64,000 bases of DNA from Kofleriaceae bacterium (lineage in GTDB: Bacteria; Myxococcota_A; Polyangia; Haliangiales; Haliangiaceae): contig CBDCCZ010000038.1 of NCBI GenBank assembly GCA_965215005.1, positions 32,001 to 96,000 of the forward strand, read 5' to 3'. Shown piece by piece: positions 18,382-28,470 of this stretch. The notes under the pieces were generated by a model. It did no database searches. It was given only the letters and a program-made list of their open reading frames with translations, and had not been told where the DNA came from. The translations under genes and the position numbers were made by a program. The number at the start of each line of letters is the position of its first letter. The first letter of the stretch is position 1.

Positions 18382-20630
18382 CAGTTGCGCTCCGCTTCGC
18401 TAGCAGCCGCGTGCTGCTTCCACTGCGGATCGATCCACGCCTTCTCGAATGGGATCATGTTGGTGAGGTTGATGGCGAGGTCTTTGACGTACGGCTTCTG
18501 CAGGTGGTGCTGCGTGTAGACGTATACCGGAATCACCGGAGCCTCTTCGAGGAACACCCGTTCGGCTTCCCGGATGATGCGAACGCGCTCAGTGCGATCG
18601 GTGGTGGCCTCGGCGCGCTCGTAAATCTCCTCGAACTCGCGGCTGCACCACTTGGTGCGATTGTCAGGCGAGTCGCAGCGGAACTGCGGCAGCATCTCAG
18701 CCTCGAGGTCGGGAAAGTTCATGATCCAACCCATGCGAGCGACGTCGTATTGGCCGTAGGTGGTATCGGATAAGAAGGTCTTCCACTCTTGGCTCTCGAG
18801 CTGTACATCGAGGCCTAGCTTGGTCTTCCACTCGTATTGCATGTACTCGGCCAGGAGCTTGTGCTGCTCGGAGCCGATGTTGAACTTCAGGGAAAAGGAC
18901 TTGGGAAATGCGGCTCCCATTTCCTTGCGGGCCAGGGCGAGCTCTTGTTTTGCTGCTTCGAGGTCGTAAGGGAGACCGGGCGGCGGCACGTAGCAGAGCT
19001 CGCCAGAAATCATCACGCTCGCCACGCCCGGCTGATCCTCGCTAACCCCACACAGCTTTCGGTCTTCAGGACTCAGCTGATCGATGGGTGTGCCCGGCAT
19101 GAGCTGAACGGTGGGAATCTGGCCGCCGTTGGCAATTTTGGGAATCGGCGCGCGATCGATGGCCATCGACAAGGCGCGGCGAAAGTGGACGTTGGGAAAT
19201 CGCTCGGTATTGATGAGGTAGAGGTACACGCCGAGGTAGGGCGCCACCTTGTAGTCTTTGTAGGGGCGACCGCCGCGCTGCTCGCCGCGGAGCACGGGCA
19301 AATACGATGGCGGGATGTTGTTCTGCACGAGGGCATCGCAGCCGCCTTGATAGTAGTAGTTCGTCGACGCCGCCTGATCGTCCATGCTGAAGACGGTGAT
19401 GCGCCCGAGGCGGGTATGCTCAGCGTCCCAGTACGTGGGCGACTTGGTCATCTCGATGCGATCGCGCACCAGCCATTTCGCTAGATGGTAGGGGCCGGAG
19501 GTGATGACGTGCGCCGGCTCGCTCCACTTCTGCGGCCAGCGTGAGACCGCCTCGCGCGGCGACGGGCGAAACGCACGCTGTACCGATAGGTCGATCATGT
19601 ATGGGATGGGGTTCTCGGTCTCGAGCACCAGCGTTTGGTCATCGACCACCCGCATGCCGAGCGCCTCGGGAAGCATCATCACATCGGCGGCCTTGACCTT
19701 GCCGGTGATGAGCGGCGGCGTGCCTTCTGCTTGAACGTCGGTGGCAGCGAGCATTCGACCGGGGATGCGGCTCGGCGGCACCGCGGTGACGGTGTGCTCG
19801 AAGTCGGCGTGGGGCTGGTTTTTCAGCTGCGTCGTCGGCACCCAGCCATACACGCCTTGGCCTTCGAGCCAATGGATGTAGCCCCACTCGCCTCCGCTGG
19901 CGTCGGTCTTGAGGTCGATGATCGTGACGCTTTCACCCGCCGGAACCGTGCGATACGGCTCTTTCAGTCGACAATCGTCCCGCTGGCCGCAAAAGTCCCA
20001 AAACCCGGGAAAGTCGCGGAGCGCAGCGGGCTCCTGCAGAACGCGGGTGTTGGAGTACGAAAGCTCGGTGGAGGCCAGCGCCTTGGCCTCCTCGGAGGCA
20101 TCCTCGGCGGGCGCCACGATCTCCACGACGTCGCCCTTCTTGAAGGGGCCGACGTCGCGCAGCATCACCCGGATGCGGTTGCCGGTGAACGCTTGCGCGT
20201 TCTTGAGCTTCCACAGCGCATCGACGTTGCGCGAGGCGGTGAACGGATGCAGGACGCGCACGATCTGATAGGCAAAGTCGTGAGCGGTGAGCGGGCGGCC
20301 GTTCGACCAACGCGCATCGTCGCGTAAGTGAAAGGTGAAGGTGCGCAGGTCCTCGGAGATGTCCCAGTGAGTGGCGATCGACGGCTCGGGCAATCCCTGG
20401 AGGTTGTGCCGGGTGAGGCCGTCCCACAGCGCGTAAACCAGCGGCAACCCGGTGGTGCTCGTGGTCAAGGCGGGGTCGAGGTACTGCGGCTCGCCAAAAT
20501 TGCACCAGCGCAGGTGGGTGGGATCCGGATGATCGGCGACTTTGCCAAAGTAGTCGCCTTCTGGCAGACCGCAGCCGCTCCCCAGGAGGATCATCCCGGC
20601 GGCCCACGGCAGCGCCTTCATCGCTCGCAT
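18381..20630 (-). CDS. oppA: Oligopeptide-binding lipoprotein OppA with a large internal insertion
   Basis: Lipobox GSGC; EPQYLDP, FTFHLRDDARWSNGRPLTAHDF, SGPY, ARMGW; 749 aa. Confidence 0.9.
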   Translation of the reverse strand: MRAMKALPWAAGMILLGSGCGLPEGDYFGKVADHPDPTHLRWCNFGEPQYLDPALTTSTTGLPLVYALWDGLTRHNLQGLPEPSIATHWDISEDLRTFTFHLRDDARWSNGRPLTAHDFAYQIVRVLHPFTASRNVDALWKLKNAQAFTGNRIRVMLRDVGPFKKGDVVEIVAPAEDASEEAKALASTELSYSNTRVLQEPAALRDFPGFWDFCGQRDDCRLKEPYRTVPAGESVTIIDLKTDASGGEWGYIHWLEGQGVYGWVPTTQLKNQPHADFEHTVTAVPPSRIPGRMLAATDVQAEGTPPLITGKVKAADVMMLPEALGMRVVDDQTLVLETENPIPYMIDLSVQRAFRPSPREAVSRWPQKWSEPAHVITSGPYHLAKWLVRDRIEMTKSPTYWDAEHTRLGRITVFSMDDQAASTNYYYQGGCDALVQNNIPPSYLPVLRGEQRGGRPYKDYKVAPYLGVYLYLINTERFPNVHFRRALSMAIDRAPIPKIANGGQIPTVQLMPGTPIDQLSPEDRKLCGVSEDQPGVASVMISGELCYVPPPGLPYDLEAAKQELALARKEMGAAFPKSFSLKFNIGSEQHKLLAEYMQYEWKTKLGLDVQLESQEWKTFLSDTTYGQYDVARMGWIMNFPDLEAEMLPQFRCDSPDNRTKWCSREFEEIYERAEATTDRTERVRIIREAERVFLEEAPVIPVYVYTQHHLQKPYVKDLAINLTNMIPFEKAWIDPQWKQHAAASEAERN

Positions 20631-20675
20631 CCGCGCGTTATAACCTTAGTGCGAGCACCGTTCAAACCGCCGCCC

Positions 20676-20768
20676 GCGACCCGCTCGGACGACCCGGCCG
20701 CGACCGGCTTGAACGCGCGCGCGACCGGCGTGAATGAGCCGCGCGCGACCGGGGTGAACGAGCCGTGC
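20676..20768. repeat. Short degenerate tandem repeat (21-24 bp unit, about 4 copies)
   Basis: GCGACCGGCTTGAAC / GCGACCGGCGTGAATGAGCC / GCGACCGGGGTGAACGAGCC between korB and oppA. Confidence 0.7.
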
Positions 20769-20769
20769 C

Positions 20770-21831
20770 TCAGTGCTTGACGCCGTCTGGTCCGACTTCC
20801 CAGGTCATCCCCGAGTACAACAGCCGCTTGAGGTCGCCTTTGCCCTGCGACTCGATGGTGCTTTGCACCTGCGCCGCCGCCATCTCGTCGTACGCGGGCT
20901 TGGCTTCGGCGCGCATGACGCCCACTGGAATGGGGAAATCGGGATGGCTCATTTGCGCCAGCATGAACGGCCACGCGGGCGTAGCGCGCTCATCGTGCAC
21001 CGCCACGTCGCTCAGCGGCACCTTGCCCTCGCCCTCGCCGATCTCGACCACTTCGGGACGAAGGTCGCCGCCGACGCGGATGCCAAACTGCTTGTTCTTG
21101 CCAAATAGCAGCGGCTTGCCGTGCTCGAGCACCAGCTGGCGGTCGGCCTTGTGCTTCTTATCGGCGATATCGGCCCACACGCCATCGTTGAACACCGGGC
21201 AGTTCTGCAAGATCTCGATGATCGCGGCGCCTTTGTGCTCGTGCGCGCGCGTGAGCAGCTCGCCCATCAGCTTGGCGTCGGTATCGGCGACGCGGGCCAC
21301 GAACGTTGCCCCTGCGCCCAGTGCAAACGCCAGCGGGTTCACCGGATGGTCGATCGATCCATACGGCGTGGATGGAGCCTTCATGCCGAGCTGCGAGGTC
21401 GGCGAATATTGCCCTTTGGTGAGCCCATAGATCTGATTGTTGAACAGCAGGATGTTCAGATCCACGTTGCGCCGCAGCGCGTGCAGCAGGTGATTGCCGC
21501 CGATGCTGAGACCATCGCCGTCACCGGTGACCACCCATACCGAAAGCTCCGGTCTCGCCACCTTCAGGCCGCTGGCGATCGCCGGAGCGCGGCCGTGAAT
21601 GCTGTGGAACCCGTAGGTGTTCATGTAATACGGAAAGCGGCTCGAGCAGCCGATGCCCGAGACGAATACGATGTTCTCTTTGGGCACTCCCAAGAGCGGC
21701 ATCTGCCGCTGCACCGCCGCCAGGATGGCGTAGTCGCCGCAACCGGGACACCAGCGCACGTCCTGGTCGGACTCGAAGTCTTTCTTGCCGAGCTTCACAG
21801 GCCCGTTGGGATGTTTCACCGGGTCAGCCAT
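20770..21831 (-). CDS. korB: 2-oxoacid:ferredoxin oxidoreductase beta subunit
   Basis: WCPGCGD, SGIGCSS, HGRA, GDGDG...NN TPP motif, YGLTKGQYSPT. Confidence 0.95.
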   Translation of the reverse strand: MADPVKHPNGPVKLGKKDFESDQDVRWCPGCGDYAILAAVQRQMPLLGVPKENIVFVSGIGCSSRFPYYMNTYGFHSIHGRAPAIASGLKVARPELSVWVVTGDGDGLSIGGNHLLHALRRNVDLNILLFNNQIYGLTKGQYSPTSQLGMKAPSTPYGSIDHPVNPLAFALGAGATFVARVADTDAKLMGELLTRAHEHKGAAIIEILQNCPVFNDGVWADIADKKHKADRQLVLEHGKPLLFGKNKQFGIRVGGDLRPEVVEIGEGEGKVPLSDVAVHDERATPAWPFMLAQMSHPDFPIPVGVMRAEAKPAYDEMAAAQVQSTIESQGKGDLKRLLYSGMTWEVGPDGVKH

Positions 21832-21840
21832 GGCGTTTTC

Positions 21841-23733
21841 TCACTGCAGTGGTTTCAGGGTGGCGGTGGTGCTAACGGCGGCGGCACCGCCGAGCATTTC
21901 GCGGATGGCGGCGACGATCTCTGCCACCTTGAAGGGCTGGCCTTGCACCTTATTCAGCCCTACAGCATCCACCAGGTACTCGGCGCGCAGCACGTAGCGA
22001 AGCTGGCCCATGTTGAGCTCCGGGACCAGCACCCGTTTGAATCGCTTGAGAAGCTCTTCTAGGCGCGGATTGAGCGGGCTGAGCCACTGCAGGTGCACGT
22101 GACTCACGCTCTCGCCGGCGACTTGCACTTGCTGCACCGCCTGGCGAATTGCTCCGAACGTGCCGCCCCAGCCGACCACCAATAGCTCGCCTTCATCGCG
22201 ACCGCAGATCTCCAGCTCGGGCGTGTCTTGCGCGATCTTGGCGATTTTGGCGGCACGCGTGAGGATCATGCGCTCGTGGTTCTGCGGGTCGTAGGAGACG
22301 TTGCCGGTGAGAAAGTCTTTCTCGAGACCGCCGATGCGATGCTCGAGCCCCGGCGTTCCCGGCAGCGCCCACGCGCGCGCCAGCGTCTGCGGGTCGCGCT
22401 CATACACGAGGTAGCCTTCCGGATCGGTGCGATGCTCGACCTTGATCGGCGGCAGCGCGCTCACGTCTGGAACCATCCACGGCTCAGCGCCATTGGCCAA
22501 ATAGCCATCGGTGAGCAGGAACACCGGCACCATGTATTTGAGCGCGATGCGCACCGCTTCAACGGCGCAGTAGAAATTATCGCCGGGCGTCTTGGCGGCG
22601 ATGATGGGCATCGGCGCTTCGCCGTTGCGGCCAAACAGCGACTGCAATAGATCCGCTTGCTCGGTCTTGGTGGGCAGCCCGGTCGAAGGACCGCCACGCT
22701 GCACGCTCACGACGACCATCGGCAACTCGGTCATGACCGCCAAGCCGATGCCTTCGCCCTTGAGCGCGATGCCTGGTCCAGAAGAGGCCGTGACGGCGAT
22801 GGAGCCGCCATACGCGGCGCCAATGGCGGCACCGACCGCCGCGATCTCATCCTCGGCCTGGAACGTGACGGCGTTATAGTTTTTGTAGCGCGAGACGTAA
22901 TGCAGAATGGACGACGCCGGAGTGATTGGATACCCGCTGTAGAACAGCTGCTTGCCGGCCAGGTTCGCTGCGGTGACCAGACCGAGCGATAGCGCTTCGT
23001 TGCCGGTGATGTTGCGGTAGATGCCCGGCGCAAACTTGGCGGCGGCGACCTCGTAAACGTCTTGAAAGACCTCGGCCGTTTCGCCGTAGTGATAGCCCGC
23101 TTTGAATACGCGGATGTTGGCGTCGGCGAGCTGGGGCTTCTTGCCGAACTTGGCGTGGATGTTGGCTACCTCGACCTGCGGATCCTTGGAGTACATCCAG
23201 AACAGCAGCCCGAGCGCGAAGAAGTTCTTCGAGCGGCCCTTCTCCTTGGTGGAGAGGTCGGTCTCTTCCAGCGCCGCCATCGTGAGGCTGGAGATATCGA
23301 TGGAGTGCAGCCGATACGGCTTGAGCGAGCCGTCGTCGAGGGGATTGGCGTCGTAGCCGGCCTTCTTGAGATTGGGCCCGGTGAAGGTGCCGCTATTGAT
23401 GATGAGAAGTCCGCCTTCGACGAGCTCGCGAAGATTTGTCTTCAGCGCGGCCGGATTCATCACCACCAGGACGTCGGGAGCGTCACCCGGGGTGTGGATC
23501 TCATTCGAAGAGAAGTGCAGCTGAAACCCGGAGACGCCGGCGAGGCTGCCCGCGGGCGCACGAATCTCGGCCGGGAAATCGGGAAAGGTGGAAATGTCGT
23601 TGCCGGCAACGGCCGCGGCTTTGGTGAGCTCGGTGCCAGTGAGCTGCATGCCGTCGCCCGAGTCGCCCGCAAAGCGAATGACGACCTTTTCGAGAGACTT
23701 CGCGACGGGTCGCTTGGCCTGCTGGGTGTCCAT
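21841..23733 (-). CDS. korA: 2-oxoacid:acceptor oxidoreductase alpha subunit (gamma-alpha fusion)
   Basis: FAGDSGDGMQ, YPITPAS, QAEDEIAA, SGPG, QRGGPSTGLPT. Confidence 0.95.
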   Translation of the reverse strand: MDTQQAKRPVAKSLEKVVIRFAGDSGDGMQLTGTELTKAAAVAGNDISTFPDFPAEIRAPAGSLAGVSGFQLHFSSNEIHTPGDAPDVLVVMNPAALKTNLRELVEGGLLIINSGTFTGPNLKKAGYDANPLDDGSLKPYRLHSIDISSLTMAALEETDLSTKEKGRSKNFFALGLLFWMYSKDPQVEVANIHAKFGKKPQLADANIRVFKAGYHYGETAEVFQDVYEVAAAKFAPGIYRNITGNEALSLGLVTAANLAGKQLFYSGYPITPASSILHYVSRYKNYNAVTFQAEDEIAAVGAAIGAAYGGSIAVTASSGPGIALKGEGIGLAVMTELPMVVVSVQRGGPSTGLPTKTEQADLLQSLFGRNGEAPMPIIAAKTPGDNFYCAVEAVRIALKYMVPVFLLTDGYLANGAEPWMVPDVSALPPIKVEHRTDPEGYLVYERDPQTLARAWALPGTPGLEHRIGGLEKDFLTGNVSYDPQNHERMILTRAAKIAKIAQDTPELEICGRDEGELLVVGWGGTFGAIRQAVQQVQVAGESVSHVHLQWLSPLNPRLEELLKRFKRVLVPELNMGQLRYVLRAEYLVDAVGLNKVQGQPFKVAEIVAAIREMLGGAAAVSTTATLKPLQ

Positions 23734-23908
23734 CGGCGTGTACCTTACAGAAGACGTCTGGTTTGGGAAGCCGGTGCGCCACCCAAACACGAAGAGCGGC
23801 AAAACCTACGCGAGGCCGCGAAGATAGGCAATAGCTGCGCTCGATTCCGCGGCCGCTCGGGCGTGGCCGCGGGCCTCGGTTTGCGCGGCAGTTTCGCCCG
23901 GAAGCGCC

Positions 23909-23938
23909 TTGCCGACATTGGTTCACGGGCGGTATAAG
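23909..23938 (+). promoter_or_regulatory. Possible sigma70-type promoter for the tRNA
   Basis: TTGCCG-N18-TATAAG ending 11 bp before the tRNA. Confidence 0.45.
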
Positions 23939-23949
23939 CCTCTACCTAC

Positions 23950-24027
<78 letters not shown>

Positions 24028-24094
24028 GGCGCGATGCGCGGCGGCTCGCCACGCGCGCCAGTGGGCGCCGACCCGTCCGAGCAAGGTTCCGCCC

Positions 24095-24745
24095 GTGCCC
24101 AAGCCCCTCGCTGAAATTGTCATCGATGCTGGCCTCGCGGGCCGCAGCGACGTCGTGGCGGCGGCCAAAATTGCCGATGAGCGCAAGCTGCCGCTCATTG
24201 CGGCGCTGGTTCGCCACGGGGGAGTCGACGAGCTCGGCTTGGTCGCCGCGATCCGCAAGCAGGTCCGCTTGCCGGTGATCGACCCGGCGTCGATACAGCA
24301 CGACCCCGATGCCCTTCGCGAGCTGCCTCGCGAGGTGTGTCGGCGCTTGCGGGTATTGCCCATCGGAGTTGCCGCGTACGACTCCGGTCCGCGCATTCTG
24401 CGCTTGGCCATGGCAGATCCGACGGATCCCGTCACTCTTGCCGAGGTCGAGCACGTCACCGGATGCGAGGTCGAAGCGATGCTGATGCCGCTCTCGGCGA
24501 TCGAAGAAATGGTCGAGAACAGCTATCGCGCGTTCGTGACGGCGGTCATGCCGCGCGAGCCAGCAGCAGCATCTCGAGAGACGTCTGCATCGACCACGCC
24601 CTATCATCGGGTATCGGATGAAGCCGACCTGGCGTTGCGGCATCGCGCGCTACTCGAGCTGTTGGTGAAGAAGCAGCTCATCAGCGAAAGCGACTACGAG
24701 GCCGAGGTGCGGGCGCTGATGAAGCGGCGCGCCGCTGACCCGTAG
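24095..24745 (+). CDS. Stand-alone GspE/PilB N-terminal (T2SSE_N/MshEN-like) domain protein
   Basis: LAEIVIDAGL..., CRRLRVLPI, LRLAMADP; no ATPase domain. Confidence 0.75.
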   Translation: MPKPLAEIVIDAGLAGRSDVVAAAKIADERKLPLIAALVRHGGVDELGLVAAIRKQVRLPVIDPASIQHDPDALRELPREVCRRLRVLPIGVAAYDSGPRILRLAMADPTDPVTLAEVEHVTGCEVEAMLMPLSAIEEMVENSYRAFVTAVMPREPAAASRETSASTTPYHRVSDEADLALRHRALLELLVKKQLISESDYEAEVRALMKRRAADP

Positions 24746-24758
24746 GCTATAGTTTGGC

Positions 24759-26978
24759 GTGCCGGTGACTGCTTCCGTGGACACGAATCGTTGCCAACAT
24801 TGTGGGCTCGAGTTTGCCGCGAGCGCGCTGTTTTGTCCGGCGTGCGGCACGGCGAGGTCGCGCGACGAGGGTGGCGATCCGCTGCTGGGGACGGTTCTCG
24901 GCGAGCGATTTCTGCTCGTAGAGCGCCTCGGGCACGGCGCCTCGGGCACCATCTATCGCGCCGAGCACACCACCTTGCGCCGGCGCGTGGCGGTCAAGGT
25001 GCTTCATCACGAGCTGTCTCGCGATGACCTCGCGATGGAGCGCTTCCGCCGCGAAGCCACCACCGTGAGCGATATCGATAACGAGCACATCGTGCAAATT
25101 CACGACTTCGGGCGAGCTGCCGATGGTCGTTTGTATTTGGCGATGGAGCTGCTCGAGGGCGAGACCCTCGATCAGGTGTTGCACCGCGACAAGCGGCTCG
25201 CCATTGCCGACACGGTTGACGTCATCATTCAGCTCGGCGAAGCGCTCATGGAAGCGCACGCGATGGGCTACATCCACCGCGACCTGCGACCGCGCAACAT
25301 CTATCTCGCGATGCGCCGCGGCCGCGCCAACTTCGTCAAGCTGCTCGACTTTGGGCTCGCAAAGTTGGTCGAGAAAGAGGGCGAGGCGGAATCTACCAGC
25401 CTCGGCATGACGTTCGGCGACCCCAAGTACATGTCGCCAGAGCAGGCCCGCGGCGACAACGTCGACCGTCGCGCGGACATTTATTCGCTTGGCTGCATCG
25501 CCTACGAGATGCTGGTTGGGCAGCCGCCATTCGTGGGCGGCAAGGTCTTCGACATCCTCACGCGCCACGTCGATACCGTCCCCGTGGCGCCCATCGAGCG
25601 CCGCGAAGACGTGCCGCCATGGCTCAACGCGACGGTGATGCGCATGCTCGCAAAATCGCCCGGCGAGCGCTTCATCACCGTCTATCGGCTGATCGAGGCG
25701 ATGCGCGAGGGGCAGCAAACGGGTGCGGTCATGGCCGATGAGGTGGCGCGGCGGCGCGAGTCGATTCCGCCGCCGTCGGTGTCGCGGGCGATGGAGCGGC
25801 TTGGCTACGATCCTCAAGACGCCTATCGCGTCGCTCGCGAAGAGATTCGCGATGAGGGCCAGGAATCCGGCTCCGCGGCGCCGGAGACGTTGCCGCCCGA
25901 CGAGCTGGTAATCACCGCGCCCGACGACGATGACGCTCGGCAGACGCTGGCGGTCGCGCCGGTGGTCGCGGAGCAGCGACGGGCGGCGGGCAAGCGCAAG
26001 GCCGACACCGAAGATTCGGGGGTGGGCATCTCGGGGGCATGGTTTGCCGATGGCGAGGTGCGTGGTGGCGAGCGGAGCGGCGCGCTCGAGCAGTCGGAGC
26101 AGGCGCGCCTGGAACGCGCCCGCGCCGCGATATCGCCCGGTGACACGAGCCTCATCGATGACCTCTACTTCGAGCCGCCGCGGGGGCGGCTGCTAAAAGT
26201 CGCAGCTGGCGTGGCGGGGGCCGCGCTCCTAGTGGTGCTGGCGATCGCGCTGTGGCCGAGCGAGCCGGCGAAGCGGGATGTGGTGGCGGCTGCCGAGGAG
26301 CGCGCGGTTCCGGCGACCACCGTCATCGAGCCGCCGTACGGCGATGCGCTGGTGCAGCCCGGCGATGACCTCATGCAAGCCGAGGCGGACATGCCGAACC
26401 TCGAGGAGGATCGCGAGGCGGAGCAAGCGGTGGCGGCTGCCGCTCCGACAGCGCAGCAAGCGCGTGATTCGTCGCGGCCGAAGCGCCGCGACAAACCAGC
26501 GGCGGCGCGTCCTCGGCCCGCGGCTGCAGCGGCGAAAGCCAAGCCTGTTGCCGAGCCGGCCGACGATGACGAGCCCGTCGATGACGAGCCGAAGTCCACA
26601 GGTGATTCCGCAAAAGACGGTGGCAAGCGGGCTGCATTTTTCGCGCAGCTCGGCGCGCAAGCGCTGCGCAGCGGCGACACACTCGGCGCTGCAGGCAACT
26701 TTCAGAAAGCCCAAGAGCTCGATCCGCAAAATGTCGATGCCGCCGCGGGGCTGGGCGAAATCGCCCTTTTGCAGGGCTTTTACGCGGATGCCATCGCGCA
26801 TCTCGATCGCGCGGTAAAGCGTCGTCCGCGGAGTGCACGCTTGCAGACGCTCCTTGGCGAAGCATATCTAGGCAGCGGCAAAACCGCCGCCGCCACCACC
26901 GCCTTTCGTCGCGCACTCGACGCCGAGCCGGGCAACGAGCGCGCCCGGAGCGGACTCGAAGAAGCCACCGGGAGCTAG
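24759..26978 (+). CDS. Ser/Thr kinase with N-terminal Zn ribbon, TM and C-terminal TPR
   Basis: CQHC..CPAC; GHGASG, VAVK, HRDLRPRN, LDFG, YMSPE; TPR-like helices at the C-terminus. Confidence 0.92.
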   Translation: MPVTASVDTNRCQHCGLEFAASALFCPACGTARSRDEGGDPLLGTVLGERFLLVERLGHGASGTIYRAEHTTLRRRVAVKVLHHELSRDDLAMERFRREATTVSDIDNEHIVQIHDFGRAADGRLYLAMELLEGETLDQVLHRDKRLAIADTVDVIIQLGEALMEAHAMGYIHRDLRPRNIYLAMRRGRANFVKLLDFGLAKLVEKEGEAESTSLGMTFGDPKYMSPEQARGDNVDRRADIYSLGCIAYEMLVGQPPFVGGKVFDILTRHVDTVPVAPIERREDVPPWLNATVMRMLAKSPGERFITVYRLIEAMREGQQTGAVMADEVARRRESIPPPSVSRAMERLGYDPQDAYRVAREEIRDEGQESGSAAPETLPPDELVITAPDDDDARQTLAVAPVVAEQRRAAGKRKADTEDSGVGISGAWFADGEVRGGERSGALEQSEQARLERARAAISPGDTSLIDDLYFEPPRGRLLKVAAGVAGAALLVVLAIALWPSEPAKRDVVAAAEERAVPATTVIEPPYGDALVQPGDDLMQAEADMPNLEEDREAEQAVAAAAPTAQQARDSSRPKRRDKPAAARPRPAAAAAKAKPVAEPADDDEPVDDEPKSTGDSAKDGGKRAAFFAQLGAQALRSGDTLGAAGNFQKAQELDPQNVDAAAGLGEIALLQGFYADAIAHLDRAVKRRPRSARLQTLLGEAYLGSGKTAAATTAFRRALDAEPGNERARSGLEEATGS

Positions 26979-27057
26979 CTGGTTCATGGCGGAAGTCGTG
27001 AACCGCTAGCAAAGCAACAATCGCTTGGGGAGACGCCGAAGGGGGCGCGTGAGTAGC
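26975..27057 (+). repeat. Structured interspersed repeat, 3'-truncated copy
   Basis: CTAGCTGGTTCATGGCGGAAGTCGTGAACCGCTAG-CAAAGCAACAATCGCTTGGGGAGACGCCG; starts at the kinase TAG stop. Confidence 0.88.
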
Positions 27058-27164
27058 TCCGCCCGACAAGTGCCTACATGCAGCTGCGGCACCGTTGCAA
27101 AATTCGGCGACAGCGCATTTCTCTGCTACTCTTGGAATCAATGGGTGCTCGCTTCGAGAGTCCG

Positions 27165-27314
27165 ATGGATCCCTCGAGACAATGGGAGCCGGAGCCGCTC
27201 CACCTGCCAACGTCCGATAGCGCCGAGCGCGGCCCACGCCGCCGCGAGCGCGACGACGCCGAACCCGATGAGTCGGGTCCTTCTGGCAGTCACGTCATCG
27301 TGATCGATCTATAA
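27165..27314 (+). CDS. Small hypothetical protein (about 49 aa)
   Basis: MDPSRQWEPEPLHLP...HVIVIDL fills the intergenic gap; no family recognised with certainty. Confidence 0.4.
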   Translation: MDPSRQWEPEPLHLPTSDSAERGPRRRERDDAEPDESGPSGSHVIVIDL

Positions 27315-27322
27315 CTTCTGTC

Positions 27323-27351
27323 AGTGGCTCACGCCGAAGTCGTGAGTCGCT
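27323..27351 (+). repeat. Degenerate solo hairpin of the repeat family
   Basis: AGTGGCTCACGCC-GAA-GTCGTGAGTCGCT. Confidence 0.6.
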
Positions 27352-27378
27352 ACGAACGAATGACGGCCGCGTAACCCG

Positions 27379-28470
27379 ATGCGCTACGACGTTTTCATCG
27401 AGCGAGCGCAATCAGGGATGCGTCTGGAAGACGTTGCTCGCCGGATCGCCGGCGACTACGGGCTACCGGCCTCGGCACTGGCGCAACGCCTCTCGAGTGG
27501 TCGGTTTCGCGTCAAAGCGGGCATCGAGCTGAGCGTGGCCGAGGGCTTGGTGCGGCACCTCGAGTCCTTGGGCGCTATGTGCAGCGTTGACGAAGCCGCC
27601 GATGGGGCTACCGTCTCGGCCGGCGCTCATGAGCGAGCGGCCAGCGCAGCACGCCCCGGCATCGCGGGAGACTTTCCGGTGGGCCTGGCGGCGGCGACGT
27701 CCAATGCGACGGATACTGACCTCGGCGCGCTCGCGACGCTCGATGGGCTGTTGTCGCTAGCCGACGTGGACGGTTCCGACAATCGACGCGTCAGCGGGGC
27801 CTCGAAGTCGACCGGTGGCGATGGCGCGCCTGCCAGCGCGGACGCGTTCGCGCCGCCAGGCCGAAGCGCTCCGCCGCCAATCATCGATCCTTCGCTGTCG
27901 TCAGGTTCGAGCGAGCCGCATGCCTCGGTACCAACCGCTCACGCCTTCTCGCCGCCCGGTGAGGACGACGAGGCTTTGGAGCTGCTCGAGGAGGCCCCTT
28001 GGCAGGCAGCGGCGGCCGCGCCCTTCGCGCCAAGCGCTGAAATCTCGGCGTCTCATGGCCCTGCTCCAATTGCCTCGCCAGCCCCCGCCGCGGTGCGCGT
28101 CGATGGAGGGCCTGCATCGCCGATGGCGCGCGCGCGCAATCAGCTAGCGGCGGATTCTCGCTTGCGCGTGTTGGTGGGCGTCATGCTGGCGCTGCTGATA
28201 GGTTTCGTTGCGGCGCATCTTGCGGCGAGCGTGCAAGAACGCGGATATGCGGCGCTCGATGCGCGGCTGGTTGCACAGCGAGCCGAGGCTGGTGAGACGC
28301 TAGTCGCTTGGCAAGCCTTCGCTGAGCGTCGCCAAGAACACCTGGCGCGTAAGCAGGCGATGCAGACGCGCATCGCGATTACCGGCTTGCTCGTGTGGGG
28401 GTTGGCTGCCGCAGGCGTTGGGTATCTGTGGTTCCGCCGCATCCCGTGGCAGCCTGCAGTCAGGGCGTAG
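27379..28470 (+). CDS. Hypothetical membrane protein (2 C-terminal TM)
   Basis: Small folded N-terminal domain, Pro/Ala linker, two hydrophobic helices. Confidence 0.65.
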   Translation: MRYDVFIERAQSGMRLEDVARRIAGDYGLPASALAQRLSSGRFRVKAGIELSVAEGLVRHLESLGAMCSVDEAADGATVSAGAHERAASAARPGIAGDFPVGLAAATSNATDTDLGALATLDGLLSLADVDGSDNRRVSGASKSTGGDGAPASADAFAPPGRSAPPPIIDPSLSSGSSEPHASVPTAHAFSPPGEDDEALELLEEAPWQAAAAAPFAPSAEISASHGPAPIASPAPAAVRVDGGPASPMARARNQLAADSRLRVLVGVMLALLIGFVAAHLAASVQERGYAALDARLVAQRAEAGETLVAWQAFAERRQEHLARKQAMQTRIAITGLLVWGLAAAGVGYLWFRRIPWQPAVRA

